Source: Nitrosopumilaceae archaeon
Lineage (GTDB): Archaea > Thermoproteota > Nitrososphaeria > Nitrososphaerales > Nitrosopumilaceae
Reading direction: 5' to 3'
Length of the DNA stretch: 64,000 nucleotides
Assembly (NCBI GenBank): GCA_965214835.1
Contig: CBDCCK010000002.1
Location: forward strand, 3,008,001-3,072,000
The position numbers and the translations under genes were made by a program. The notes under the pieces were generated by a model, which was not told the DNA's origin, searched no databases, and saw nothing but the letters and a program-made list of their open reading frames with translations. This document shows positions 20,091 to 30,991 of this stretch, in pieces. Within the stretch, counting starts at the first letter, position 1; the number at the start of each line of letters is the position of its first letter.

Positions 20091-20942
20091 ATGAAGACAA
20101 AGGCGACAGTCCACGGTGCAATCTCCATCGTAAACGCGATAGCGACGGGCAGGGGCGCCACGCTGGGCACGGAACAGCGCGTGTCTGCGACAGCAGAGGC
20201 AGCACCAGGTAGGGGCATAATACTGCAGACCGAGAGGGGGGCCGTCAGATCCAGGCTGGTCAGCAAGACGGTCGAGAGGGTTCTCCCGGGGAGGATCCTT
20301 GGAAAAAACAGGATCACCGTACGGCTGGAATCGGACATCCCCACGGGGTGCGGGCTGAAGAGCTCAAGCGCCATCTCCTCGGCCGTCGCACTGGCCTGCG
20401 CAAGGCTGTTCAGGACCAGGATGGACGACCAGAAGATCCTTCTTGCAGGCGTTGGCGCCTCAATCCAGGCCAAGGTAAGCATGACGGGCGCATACGATGA
20501 CGCATGCGCCTGCTATTTCGGGGGGTTCAACGTCACGGACAACTACAGGAGGAGGCGGGTCCTGCACGAGAGGGGGCCGCGAAACATGGCAGTGGTGATC
20601 TTCATGCCAAAGTCCAAGGGACGCGGAAACATCAGGAAGCTAAAGACTCTCGGCATGGTATTTGAAAGGGCGTGGGGCCTTGCCAAAAATGCGGACTATT
20701 GGGACGCAATGGTGATCAACGGGCTTGCCACGTCGGCAATACTGGACTCGGATCCGAAGATAATAACGGACCTGCTCGAAAGGGGCGCGCTTGGCGCGTC
20801 GGTTTCGGGAAACGGCCCTGCGATCGCGGCGGTAGCCAGGCAGGAGAGCGTCCCGGGGATAAAAAGGATATTCTCAGAGATGGGGGGGCAGGTGGTGGTG
20901 ACGAGGATCAACAACAAAAAGGCCGAGGTCCATGAGCTGTAG
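20091..20942 (+). CDS. aroK: archaeal (GHMP-type) shikimate kinase
   Basis: IVNAIATG, GLKSSSA, TGAYDDA and SGNGP motifs. Confidence 0.93.
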   Translation: MKTKATVHGAISIVNAIATGRGATLGTEQRVSATAEAAPGRGIILQTERGAVRSRLVSKTVERVLPGRILGKNRITVRLESDIPTGCGLKSSSAISSAVALACARLFRTRMDDQKILLAGVGASIQAKVSMTGAYDDACACYFGGFNVTDNYRRRRVLHERGPRNMAVVIFMPKSKGRGNIRKLKTLGMVFERAWGLAKNADYWDAMVINGLATSAILDSDPKIITDLLERGALGASVSGNGPAIAAVARQESVPGIKRIFSEMGGQVVVTRINNKKAEVHEL

Positions 20943-22221
20943 GGTCGAAAAATCGGAGCTGTCAGGCGAGATAGCGTGCCCTGCAAGCAAGAGCTACACG
21001 CACAGGGCCATATTCATGGGGGCGTTATCGGGGCGGAGCACCATCAGAAACGTCCTGGACTCGGCGGACACGCAGGCCACCGTCGATGCCTGCCTGGCCC
21101 TTGGCGCACAGATAAGGAGGGACGGGGATACAGTCACGGTCATCAGCCCGGTCACCCTTGAAAGGGACTGTATCATAGACGCAAAAAACTCGGGGACGAC
21201 CATCAGGATAGCGGCGGGCATCGCTGCACTGTCGCCGTCCACAACCACGCTCTCGGGGGATGCAAGCATACGGGGGCGGCCGATGCAGCCCGTTTTGGAC
21301 GCGTTGGAGGCAATGGGTGCAAGGTGCACGTCGGCCGGCGGCAGGCCCCCGATAACTATCCAGGGAAGAATCCCAGGCGGGGAGGTGTCAATTCCGGGGG
21401 ACGTATCAAGCCAGTTTGTCACGTCGCTGCTCATCTGCGCGCCGCTGACGGACAGCGGAATCACCGTGAATATAGAGGGCAGGCTGGTATCAAGGCCGTA
21501 CCTTGAGGCGACCATACGTGCGATGGAGAGGTTCGGCGTGCGCGTCAAGACCATCGGCAGGTACCAGAAATACAGGATAGAGCCGCAGCAGTACCAGGAT
21601 GCCGAGTTTACGGTTCCCCCGGACGCCTCCAGCCTGGCGCTGCTGCTGGCAGCATCCGTGCTTGTGGGAAAAAACATGTCGATAAGGGCCCCGCGCAGCG
21701 ACCTGCCGCAGGCAGACATGGCGTTCCTTGGAATCCTCGGGGAGCTGGGCGCGCAGGTAAGAGCCGACGGCGATGTCATCACCGCAAGCTCCCCCGAGGG
21801 CCTCAGGGGGGGAAGCTTTGACCTGTCAGACGCGCCGGATCTGCTGCCGCCCCTCTCAATCCTGGCACTACGGTGCAAAAGCCCGCTGGAGATCACCAGC
21901 GTGGAACACGCCAGGCACAAGGAGACAGACAGGATTGCAGTCATCTGCGAGGAGCTTGCAAAGATCGGGGTCGGCGTGGAGGAGCGCAGGGACGGGATGA
22001 GGCTGGAGCCGGGGGACGCCCTGCACGGCGCGCATCTGGACTCGAAAAACGACCACAGGCTGTTCATGGCGTTCTCGATTGCCGCCATGTATGTGGGCGG
22101 CTGCACGGTCAGCGATCCGGGGTCGGTATCCGTGTCGTACCCTGGGTACGTCCAGGCAATGCAGGGCATTGGCGCAGGCCTGATGGTTCAGGGGCAAGAC
22201 CATCTCGAGTCCACCCCATAG
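20932..22221 (+). CDS. aroA: 3-phosphoshikimate 1-carboxyvinyltransferase (EPSP synthase)
   Basis: SKSYTHRA, NSGTT, RPM, SSQF, KETDR and DHR motifs. Confidence 0.95.
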   Translation: MSCRVEKSELSGEIACPASKSYTHRAIFMGALSGRSTIRNVLDSADTQATVDACLALGAQIRRDGDTVTVISPVTLERDCIIDAKNSGTTIRIAAGIAALSPSTTTLSGDASIRGRPMQPVLDALEAMGARCTSAGGRPPITIQGRIPGGEVSIPGDVSSQFVTSLLICAPLTDSGITVNIEGRLVSRPYLEATIRAMERFGVRVKTIGRYQKYRIEPQQYQDAEFTVPPDASSLALLLAASVLVGKNMSIRAPRSDLPQADMAFLGILGELGAQVRADGDVITASSPEGLRGGSFDLSDAPDLLPPLSILALRCKSPLEITSVEHARHKETDRIAVICEELAKIGVGVEERRDGMRLEPGDALHGAHLDSKNDHRLFMAFSIAAMYVGGCTVSDPGSVSVSYPGYVQAMQGIGAGLMVQGQDHLESTP

Positions 22222-22238
22222 GCGACACTGCAGGTAAC

Positions 22239-22343
22239 AGCTCGAGCTCTGAAAGCTGCTCCTGATTTCAGGCACGAATCTGCCCTGGAGGGGGAGGGCA
22301 TCTGGGGCGGCAAAACCCACCCTAAACTTCCAGAGCCCGATCT
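22239..22343. mobile_element. MITE family F
   Basis: AGCTCG(A/G)GCTCTG ... CAGAGCCCGA ends; related copies at about 48245-48347, 54226-54323 and a partial at about 12637-12676. Confidence 0.7.
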
Positions 22344-22390
22344 ATTGCGCATAAAATCTAACATACATACTGCTGGAATTGTATTGAGGT

Positions 22391-22795
22391 GTGAAAGAGC
22401 TAAGCTCTGTATTCAAAGAGCGTCTGAAAGACATTCAAGCGAATCTTGAAGACGGAAATTATGCTGTTTGTTACAGGATTGCACATGATTTGGTTAATTT
22501 GTCTTGGAATTTGGAATTAAAAGATGAAGTCTTCATCAGTGAAGTTTTGGAATCTGTTTATTCTAATTTGTCCAATACAATAGAAAATTACTCTGTACCT
22601 AAAGACGTGTCTGACAAACTAAAAAATGAAATGAGCGAAGCTGCAAAACCTCTGCCTGATGCTTATGATTCTGGAGATTCATCTAAATTATATGAAGTGT
22701 TAAAGGCAGTACGATATACTGCCACTTTATATCAATTAACAGCATGGCAAAGATACGATAAACCTAAAAGGACAATGCGTACATACTATGATTGA
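22391..22795 (+). CDS. hypothetical helical protein (AT-rich, likely foreign)
   Basis: 134-aa ORF with low GC relative to the flanking aro genes. Confidence 0.6.
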   Translation: MKELSSVFKERLKDIQANLEDGNYAVCYRIAHDLVNLSWNLELKDEVFISEVLESVYSNLSNTIENYSVPKDVSDKLKNEMSEAAKPLPDAYDSGDSSKLYEVLKAVRYTATLYQLTAWQRYDKPKRTMRTYYD

Positions 22796-22807
22796 GGAAA
22801 ATGCATT

Positions 22808-23218
22808 ATGACGCTACCAGTTGAATCTGAACGTGAACATGATAATGAAATAACTGATGACAAACAATCACTTAGATATCTTCGTGATGGGATTTTAAAT
22901 CAAAGACCAGATGATGTGCATGTTTCTTTAGTTGATGCCTACATGCATTTGCATTCTATCGTTGAAAAATTAATTGTAGATAATGCCAACATGTGGCAAC
23001 TTCTTAAACAACATAAAATCACATCTATGGATGCAGTTCCTGAAGACACTGATCTCACTAATGAGCAAATACGTGAACTTCTCTTGAAAGAAATTAACGT
23101 CGGTGACATTTTCTATCCGAGTGATTTTGCTAATGAGCATGGTCTTGATTTAATGTTGGTAATGGATGTTGTTGGCTCGCTACGTAACGAAGGAAAATTA
23201 ATCAATAGCCCTGAATAA
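22808..23218 (+). CDS. hypothetical protein with a possible C-terminal winged helix
   Basis: 136-aa ORF; YPSDFANEHGLDL..V..V..L..EG pattern. Confidence 0.55.
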   Translation: MTLPVESEREHDNEITDDKQSLRYLRDGILNQRPDDVHVSLVDAYMHLHSIVEKLIVDNANMWQLLKQHKITSMDAVPEDTDLTNEQIRELLLKEINVGDIFYPSDFANEHGLDLMLVMDVVGSLRNEGKLINSPE

Positions 23219-23670
23219 TCACGCCAATATATCTAGATGAAGGTGATGCCATATCTGGAGAAAGAGTTGCATGTCAATTTAGAAAAAGGAACCATGAAAG
23301 GCTTATTCGCATGACTCAAGGACACAGTGGTACTGGAATGGTAATATCTGGAAATGTGTATTGTGTTATTGAAATTCCAATAAAGCGGGTAGAACAGCAT
23401 TGTTATTTTTTTATTAATTTTGTCTCTGTTGAGACAACGAGTCTGCAACGAGAACTTGAGCGAATGCCCTGAGGTTGATCCGAAATTAGAAACCGGGCAC
23501 CCCGTCCGCTGCCGTCCTGCCGCCAGCCCTCGCCGCAGCTGCGGCGATTCTGGCCGGCGCCCTCTCGTTGACCGGCCCGCATACGATGCTGTTGGCAAGG
23601 TCATACTTTCTGAGCGGGTTTCTGTACCGGTCGCACATGATCCTGAGAAGCGATTCTTAATTAGCAGGTT

Positions 23671-24201
23671 TTGACCCAGACTGACGCCTCCGAGCAGCAG
23701 ATAAGCAGGCCAGAGCGAAAGGACATGGAAAAGTCTCACTATTCGGGCAAGGCAGGCACGCACACGGCCAAGGTCCAGTATACGATCGGCACACGCGGCG
23801 ACATAGCGCACAAGACCCCGCACTCGCCGGGGCGCGTCAACGGCATCAGCATATGCCATATGAAGCATCCAACGTTCTGGAGCGGCGGCAGGGACGGCGA
23901 GAGGCTGCGGCACTACATGGACCGCGGATACCAGGGTGCGCAGCACGTTGATGCAGGTACGGAGGTGATACTTCCCATCAAGAAGAGTCCGGGCGGCAGG
24001 CTGACCGACGAGCAAAAAGAGTACAACAGAATACACTCGAAGATACGCGTGTGCGCCGAGCACGCCATACGCAGGGTCAGGACGTTCAAGACAATGAGCT
24101 GCAAGTACAGAAACCGGCTCCGAAGGTACGATCTGGCCAACGGTATCGTGTGCGGGCAGGTCAGCCCAAAGATACTGGAACGGATGGCCGCTGCGGCCTG
24201 A
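23671..24201 (+). pseudogene. IS5-family (DDE_Tnp_4-like) transposase C-terminal fragment
   Basis: YSGKAGTH, MDRGY and R..AEHAI motifs. Confidence 0.8.
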
Positions 24202-24487
24202 CAAATACGTCAGAAAACAACTGCAACCTGCCATTCGTAACTTAATTGCGGGTTGCTTCTCCGGAGGCAGGCGGTGCCCGGGGCGCACAGGTACGGCTGT
24301 GCAGGGTGCAGCTCACGGCGGTTTTGCCTTTGCCCGGCCACCATCCACCAAAAGCCTCTTGAGATCCCAGGCGATCAGCTGGAATGTCGCCGGCGAAAGA
24401 TGCGGATCCCCCGCATGGGCATCATAATCGAAATCGACCAAGGCGGCCTCCAAGATTTCGCGGTTTTTTGCGATTACAAAATCCTCG

Positions 24488-26310
24488 GTATGTGGTCACC
24501 TACCCCCTAGATTATTTTGGCCACCTCATCCATGATGGACTTGCCCTGCAGCTTCCATGTCGACACGCATGTATTGAGCCATCCATGCCTTTCCGTCCAG
24601 ACCAGGCCGCCCTTGATCTGGCCGCTTATCTTGAATTGAAGCACGACGGGGCGCAGCGCCCGCTCTGCACCATTGTTGGTCGGCTCGACACCCTCGTATT
24701 CCAGAAACGTAAACATGCACGGCAGGGCCCTGTGCATCCTCTTGAGGAGGGGCCCCAGCGGGCCGCCCCATGCATCAACGTATCCGAACAGCATGTTCTG
24801 CATGTTGGTCTCAAACCGCCGGCGCAGCTCCGGCGAGTGCCTGCCCATCAGCCCGTCGGCCGCCCTTATCCCCGCCCTCTCCTCAAGATCTAAGAGATCC
24901 TCCTTGGACAGCTTGTCCCATCCTTTGAGACACTCCTTGGCGTCCTTGAACAGCTGCTGCATCTGCCGGCACAGGACTCCTGCAAACAGCAAGGCGCCCT
25001 TTTTCTGCGAGCCATACAGGAGGAACCGCAGCTCGTGCGCCCAACACCTCTGGTGCCTTCCCCCCGGATCGAACCTCTTGCATACAGGATATCCGTCGGA
25101 TGTGACGACGCCCTCGTACCCGTGCATGTACTGGTCCAGAACCCGGATCGCCCTTGTATCACTGTATATCATGAATAGACCTTATGCGTAATTTACCTGA
25201 ATGAGGCGAATTTGTTCGTAATAATCCCGGATCTGAACCGATTACGCATAAAGTCTAATATGCCCACTGCCGACAGCACGGTCCACACCCATCCCAGCCT
25301 GCCTGCCAGGTTGATCCCCGTCTCGTCTATGCAGACGGTCTTTGAGCTTTTTACATCCTCTGCGATGGCCTCGGCAGGCGCCTTTGTGGCGTCGCAGACG
25401 CGTCCTATGCTGTTGATTGCAGTTGACTTTGACATGTGCACGCCTAGGATATCTGACATGACACCCTGGATCCTGTTGTACGGGACGTCCTCGCTGCGCA
25501 GCTTGGTGACTGCTACGACCACGCTCGTGTCGTAGTTGCCGCATCGGGGCAGGTCGTCGGGGGCCGTATGCATGGTGCCGCATCTCGGGCATACTGCCCT
25601 CTATCTCGTGGCGCGTTTCGGTGGCCTCGATCTTAAACCCCCTCATGTCGCGCACCTGCGGCTTTTTCATGATCTCTGTGGTGGTGCCGCAACTGCACTC
25701 CGGCGCCCGTCCCCCCGGAAAGCAGTGTTTCTGTACCATGGTGGGCCGGTGGGTGCGCGATACGCCCTTGTGTCCCTTCTGGCCGCCGGGCTTTTTCCTG
25801 TCCTTGGCGCCGTCCTTTCCTGCTGCAGCATCGGACCGGGCCCTCTCCTTTTTCCTCTACACCTTTTGCCTCTTCCACTCCAGCGAGTCTGCCGACGGGG
25901 GCGAGTTCTCGTTCTCGTAGTATCGGAGCCTGTTGCCCTGCTCCCTGATGGTCTTGTTTAGCTTTTCAATGATCTTGTTTAGCTTTTCAATGGTTCTACC
26001 ATGCTCCTTGATGGTCTTGTTTAGTTCCTTGTTGGCGGGCCGTCTTTTTTCCCTGCTGGCGTATTTTATCAACTTGATGGTCTTGTTTAGTTCCTTGTTG
26101 GCCCTGCCTTATTCTTCAATGATCCTGCCACGCTCCTTGAGGTCCTTTTTTAGATTCCTTAGCGTCTCCGTGGGCGATGCTGTAGATGCCTCGATCTTGC
26201 AGCATGTGGGGGGTTGACCTTTCATAATGCCTAGTCTACGCGATCATAGTATAAGGATCAGGCACCGTCAGTAATGTTTACCCTATTGTGAGGGGTAGGT
26301 GACCTCACAC
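24488..26310 (-). mobile_element. IS66-family element, copy 1 (disrupted)
   Basis: TIR GTATGTGGTCACCTACCCC; DETG, SDGY, QRCWAH and EPTNN.AER motifs; interrupted by a MITE. Confidence 0.9.
25177..25256. mobile_element. IS5-type MITE (family A) inside the IS66 transposase
   Basis: AGACCTTATGCGTAA / TTACGCATAAAGTCT with a 3-bp TSD AAT; the empty site is visible in IS66 copy 2. Confidence 0.92.
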
Positions 26311-26341
26311 CTTTATTTTGAATGCATTCAACCGATTTTAC

Positions 26342-28087
26342 ATGTCAAAAGGCAAAAAATCATACCTTGAATCCATCATGAAAATAGAAAAGCAGACCTA
26401 CAGAATAAAATCTGACCTTGAGGAAATAGGAAGGGATGCAGGCACGGTAAGATCCATCCTTGATGAGATGGAAAACAATCTCATGGAGATGGAAGGAGAG
26501 GTCGGCAGGACGCTATCCAAGCTCGGAGAGATAAGAAGAAAGATCGGCACTGCAAGGTTTGACTTTAAGGAGATGATAGCGTATACTAGCATGGCAAGGG
26601 TTGATTTCGGGGAAACTGCGGAGGATACAGGCAAGGTAAGATCTCAATTTGAGGCAATAGAAAAGAGTGTCCAAACAGAGGGATCTACACTCAAGGAGAT
26701 GGCAAAGGTTACTGGGGAGATGAGATCCTACTTTGGGAAAATGATGATGAAGGATAACATATCAAGATTTGGCTTTGAGAATGAGGAAGGGGTGGTCGAC
26801 AGGATGAGATCCGAGTACAAGGAATCGATAGAAGCATACATGGAAATGTCAAAGGGGGTCGACATAGCAAGATCCATCTTTGGTCAAATGGCAGGAAATG
26901 TTGACGTGGCACGATCCAGGATCGAATTTGGAAAGGCACAGTCCAAAATCCCCAAATCACGTCCTTTTAACACAATAAAATCGAACTTTGAGGAAATAGA
27001 AGGGGGTGTAGGCACGATACGATCCGAGATCAGGAAACTAAAAGTGTGTATAGGCACACTAGGATCTGCCTTTGGGGAAATAAGAAGATATGCAGGCATG
27101 ATGGGATCTGACTTTGGGCACATGGAAGCGCATGCCGGCAGGATAAAATCTGATGTGTCAAGCCACTCGGAGGGACACGAGGATCCGCAAACAAAGGCGT
27201 TTGACAGATCCCGCGTGCCAGAAAACCAAGAGTCAAACCTTGAATCCATTACGGAAATAGAAAAAAAGGCTCGCAGGATAAAGTCTAGCTTTGATGAAAT
27301 TGAGAGGCAGGCCGGCAGGCTAGGATCTAACTTTGAGAAAGCGAAAAACATATTCGAGGAAATGAGAACTGAGATGGTGAAGGTAAGATCGAAGATCAAT
27401 ACAATGAAGAAGCAGGCCGACAATGCAGGGTTTGACTTTGAGGAAATAATATTGTATACCGGCGTGGGAAAATTCGACTTGGAGAAGATGTTGATGTATG
27501 CCAGCAAGACAAGATCCAGCTTTGAGGAGGTAAAAAAAGAGTCTGACGCAGAAGAGGCCAGGTTCAGGGAAATGGCAAGGCGTTCCAGCACGGTAAGATT
27601 TGACTTTGAGATGGTGGGAGCAGGTGCCATCACGGCAAGAACTATCTTCGCGATAATGGAGGTGGATGTTGGCAAACTAAGAGACACCTACATAGAATTG
27701 GGAGAGGTGTTCAAGGGATTAGACGGAAGGATCAAGACGGAAGGATTTGCCTGCATGAAACTGGGAAAGGAGATGGAGATGGCAAAAGCTGTGTTTATGA
27801 AACTGGGAGACATGTCTAGTAAAATCACCAAAAACCCACCGCCCTGGGACGCCGTGAAATCTGACTCTGGGGTAGAAAAGAATGTTGAGCTGATAATATC
27901 TGAGCTTGGCAAGCTAGAAGAGAGCACAGGTGCAGCAAGAGATGGCTTTAAGAAAATAAAAAAATACACCCACAGATTACATTCTGATGTCGAGGAGATA
28001 AGAAAGGCCTCATGCAGGACAGGATCTGGCCTGCCAAAACATTCTGAGCGGGGGGATCTGCAGGCAAAAGGCGGGATTGGCATGTAG
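26342..28087 (+). CDS. long coiled-coil protein with 14-residue periodicity and two homologous halves
   Basis: Recurring RSxF(E/G)E(I/M) every 14 aa; LESIMKIEKQTYRIKS repeats as LESITEIEKKARRIKS. Confidence 0.75.
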   Translation: MSKGKKSYLESIMKIEKQTYRIKSDLEEIGRDAGTVRSILDEMENNLMEMEGEVGRTLSKLGEIRRKIGTARFDFKEMIAYTSMARVDFGETAEDTGKVRSQFEAIEKSVQTEGSTLKEMAKVTGEMRSYFGKMMMKDNISRFGFENEEGVVDRMRSEYKESIEAYMEMSKGVDIARSIFGQMAGNVDVARSRIEFGKAQSKIPKSRPFNTIKSNFEEIEGGVGTIRSEIRKLKVCIGTLGSAFGEIRRYAGMMGSDFGHMEAHAGRIKSDVSSHSEGHEDPQTKAFDRSRVPENQESNLESITEIEKKARRIKSSFDEIERQAGRLGSNFEKAKNIFEEMRTEMVKVRSKINTMKKQADNAGFDFEEIILYTGVGKFDLEKMLMYASKTRSSFEEVKKESDAEEARFREMARRSSTVRFDFEMVGAGAITARTIFAIMEVDVGKLRDTYIELGEVFKGLDGRIKTEGFACMKLGKEMEMAKAVFMKLGDMSSKITKNPPPWDAVKSDSGVEKNVELIISELGKLEESTGAARDGFKKIKKYTHRLHSDVEEIRKASCRTGSGLPKHSERGDLQAKGGIGM

Positions 28088-28288
28088 GGATCCAACCCCG
28101 CATACGAGCTGCAACCCAAAGACCTCCGGGTCGTGATCCTTGACACCGACATTGTCTTCAAAATCAACCCAAGCGGACACCTCGACCCGATCCACCGCCG
28201 GATTCTTGCCCTAGCAGGCGAGATCAGGGCAGGATTGAAGAAAATGGATGCCGAGGGGGCCCCGCTGCTAGAACACAAGGAATTTGTA

Positions 28289-28381
28289 GTATGTGGTCAC
28301 CTACCCCTATCAATCAGGCATGAATTGGCAGGTACAATTATGATTTTCGTGCCTAGCTAGCAAGGGGACGTGACCTCATAC
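28289..28381. mobile_element. IS66-derived MITE (family E) inserted at an IS66 terminus
   Basis: 8-bp TSD AATTTGTA includes the GTA end of the adjacent IS66 copy. Confidence 0.88.
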
Positions 28382-28386
28382 AATTT

Positions 28387-29997
28387 GTATGTGGTCACCT
28401 ATCCCTCACAATAGGGTAAACATTACTGGCGATGCCTGATCCTTATACTATGATCGCGTAGACTAGGCATTGTGAAAGGTCAACCCTCCACATGCTGCGA
28501 GATCGTGGCATCTACAACATCGCCCGCGGAGACGATAAGGAATCTGGAGAAGGGTCTCAAGGAGCGTGACAAGATAATCGAAAAGAAGGACAAGATAATC
28601 GAAAAGCTAAACAAGACCATCAGGGAGCAGGGCAACAGGCTCCGATACTACGAGAACGAGAACTCGCCCCCGTCGGCAGACTCGCTGGAGTGGAAGAGGC
28701 AAAAGGTGTAGAGGAAAAAGGAGAGGGCCCGGTCCGATGCTGCATCAGGAAAGGACGGCGCCAAGGACAGGAAAAAGCCCGGCGGCCAGAAGGGCCACAA
28801 GGGCGTATCGCGCACCCACCGGCCCACCATGGTACAGAAACACTGCTTTCCGGGGGGACGGGCGCCGGAGTGCAGTTGCGGCACCACCACAGAGATCATG
28901 AAAAAGCCGCAGGTGCGCGACATGAGGGGGTTTAAGATCGAGGCCACCGAAACGCGCCACGAGATAGAGGGCAGTATGCCCGAGATGCGGCACCATGCAT
29001 ACGGCCCCCGACGACCTGCCCCGATGCGGCAACTACGACACGAGCGTGGTCGTAGCAGTCACCAAGCTGCGCAGCGAGGACGTCCCGTACAACAGGATCC
29101 AGGGTGTCATGTCAGATATCCTGGGCGTGCACATGTCAAAGTCAACTGCAATCAACAGCATAGGACGCGTCTGCGACGCCACAAAGGCGCCTGCCGAGGC
29201 CATCGCAGAGGATGTAAAAAGCTCAAAGACCGTCTGCATAGACGAGACGGGGATCAACCTGGCAGGCAGGCTGGGATGGGTGTGGACCGTGCTGTCGGCA
29301 GTGGGCATATTCATGATATACAGTGATACAAGGGCGGTCCGGGTTCTGGACCAGTACATGCACGGGTACGAGGGCGTCGTCACATCCGACGGATATCCTG
29401 TATGCAAGAGGTTCGATCCGGGGGGAAGGCACCAGAGGTGTTGGGCGCACGAGCTGCGGTCCCTCCTGTATGGCTCGCAGAAAAAGGGCGCCCTGCTGTT
29501 TGCAGGAGTCCTGTGCCGGCAGATGCAGCAGCTGTTCAAGGACGCCAAGGAGTGTCTCAAAGGATGGGACAAGCTGTCCAAGGAGGATCTCTTAGATCTT
29601 GAGGAGAGGGCGGGGATAAGGGCGGCCGACGGGCTGATGGGCAGGCACTCGCCGGAGCTGCGCCGGCGGTTTGAGACCAACATGCAGAACATGCTGTTCG
29701 GATACGTTGATGCATGGGGCGGCCCGCTGGGGCCCCTCCTCAAGAGGATGCACAGGGCCCTGCCGTGCATGTTTACGTTTCTGGAATACGAGGGTGTCGA
29801 GCCGACCAACAATGGTGCAGAGCGGGCGCTGCGCCCCGTCGTACTTCAATTCAAGATAAGCGGCCAGATCAAGGGCGGCCTGGTCTGGACGGAAAGGCAT
29901 GGATGGCTCAATACATGCGTGTCGACATGGAAGCTGCAGGGCAAGTCCATCATGGATGAGGTGTCCAAAATAATCTAGGGGGTAGGTGACCACATAC
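28387..29997 (+). mobile_element. IS66-family element, copy 2
   Basis: Same TIRs as copy 1; transposase from 28472 with an in-frame TAG (28709-28711) before KKPGGQKGHKG and a frameshift near 28970. Confidence 0.9.
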
Positions 29998-30173
29998 TCG
30001 TGTTCGGTTATACTGCATCCCCCATTCTCTTTCCCGTGTATTCTTAAAAGAATATCAGGTTTTAGGGTTCTTTCTTTTTTATTAAGTGCTGACATGGGTT
30101 TAGAACATTCGGTGCAGAGCCTTCTTTCTTATACACTCCCTCAATCATGCCAAATTTACCTCTAATCTTACAC

Positions 30174-30536
30174 TCATGATTCATCTGGATAAAATCTTAA
30201 AACCTCCACGTCATCGGAGGTTTTACGGATGCCGTACTGTCTTCCACTCCATTCCACTTTGTAGATTTTTCCTACTTCCATGACAGAGCTGTTGTATCTA
30301 AGCTCCTCTACCCCCTCGGGATTTTTGATGACACGAACCGGCTCTGGAAAGAAAAAAGAAAGAATTGAATCAACCATTTCGGGTTTTTCTTGAAGCGGAT
30401 TTTTTAATTCTAATGTCAGCTCTGGCTCATCATCATGCAAAATAAGCGAGTAAACGGATTGAATGTTGTTATTTTTGAATATGTGACAGCCTTGTTCTTT
30501 CCAAGTTGGCTCCATTTGTTGTCCCATCCTTTTCAT
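30174..30536 (-). CDS. hypothetical protein
   Basis: 120-aa AT-rich ORF; may be 5'-truncated by a MITE. Confidence 0.5.
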   Translation of the reverse strand: MKRMGQQMEPTWKEQGCHIFKNNNIQSVYSLILHDDEPELTLELKNPLQEKPEMVDSILSFFFPEPVRVIKNPEGVEELRYNSSVMEVGKIYKVEWSGRQYGIRKTSDDVEVLRFYPDES

Positions 30537-30577
30537 TTCTTATGGGATTTTACATCATTTATGCGTTATTTCACGCA

Positions 30578-30699
30578 CAGTCTTCCCACATGTACACGAC
30601 TCGTGGCGGTGCAGGAGGGAGCATGCGGATCTGCAGGCAGCTTGGTTTGAGCTGTTTCAAGTTTTAGAATCGCCTTATGGGTTACTTTTGGGAAGACTG
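30578..30699. mobile_element. MITE family D (ISH3-like CAGT ends), left copy
   Basis: TIR CAGTCTTCCCA / TGGGAAGACTG; near-identical to 35091-35212; a diverged tandem copy lies at 30706-30834. Confidence 0.85.
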
Positions 30700-30878
30700 C
30701 AGATCCGGCCTTCCTAAAAGTGATCGACTCGTGGCGGTGCAGGAGGGAGCATGCGGATCTGCAGGCGATCTCATCTGAGTATCTGAGTTGTTTCTAGCCT
30801 GGGATAATCTGATGTGGTACTTCTGTGAAGACTGCTAATCCTATTACGTTTATATTCATGAATTTGTTTTTTCCAATC

Positions 30879-30953
30879 AAGTTACCGTCCAGCAGATCCC
30901 GGGATTGCCAGAGGCAATAACGCCTGCGAAGTACAATCAACGATGGTAGCCTT
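30879..30953. ncRNA. putative structured RNA unit 2 associated with the DUF3800-like gene
   Basis: 54-nt core (30889-30942) identical to 32749-32802, closed by stem AAGTTACCGTC/GATGGTAGCCTT; internal ATTGCC-AGA-GGCAAT hairpin. Confidence 0.6.
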
Positions 30954-30991
30954 TTTGCTTTTCTGAATGAAATCCCAAATAGCTGTTTATT

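Noticed and set aside
8349-28711. In-frame TAG codons suggesting amber recoding (pyrrolysine or an alternative code)
   Set aside because: Core genes such as aroD, aroE, aroC and cofD end at TAG at normal lengths; no pyl genes are seen
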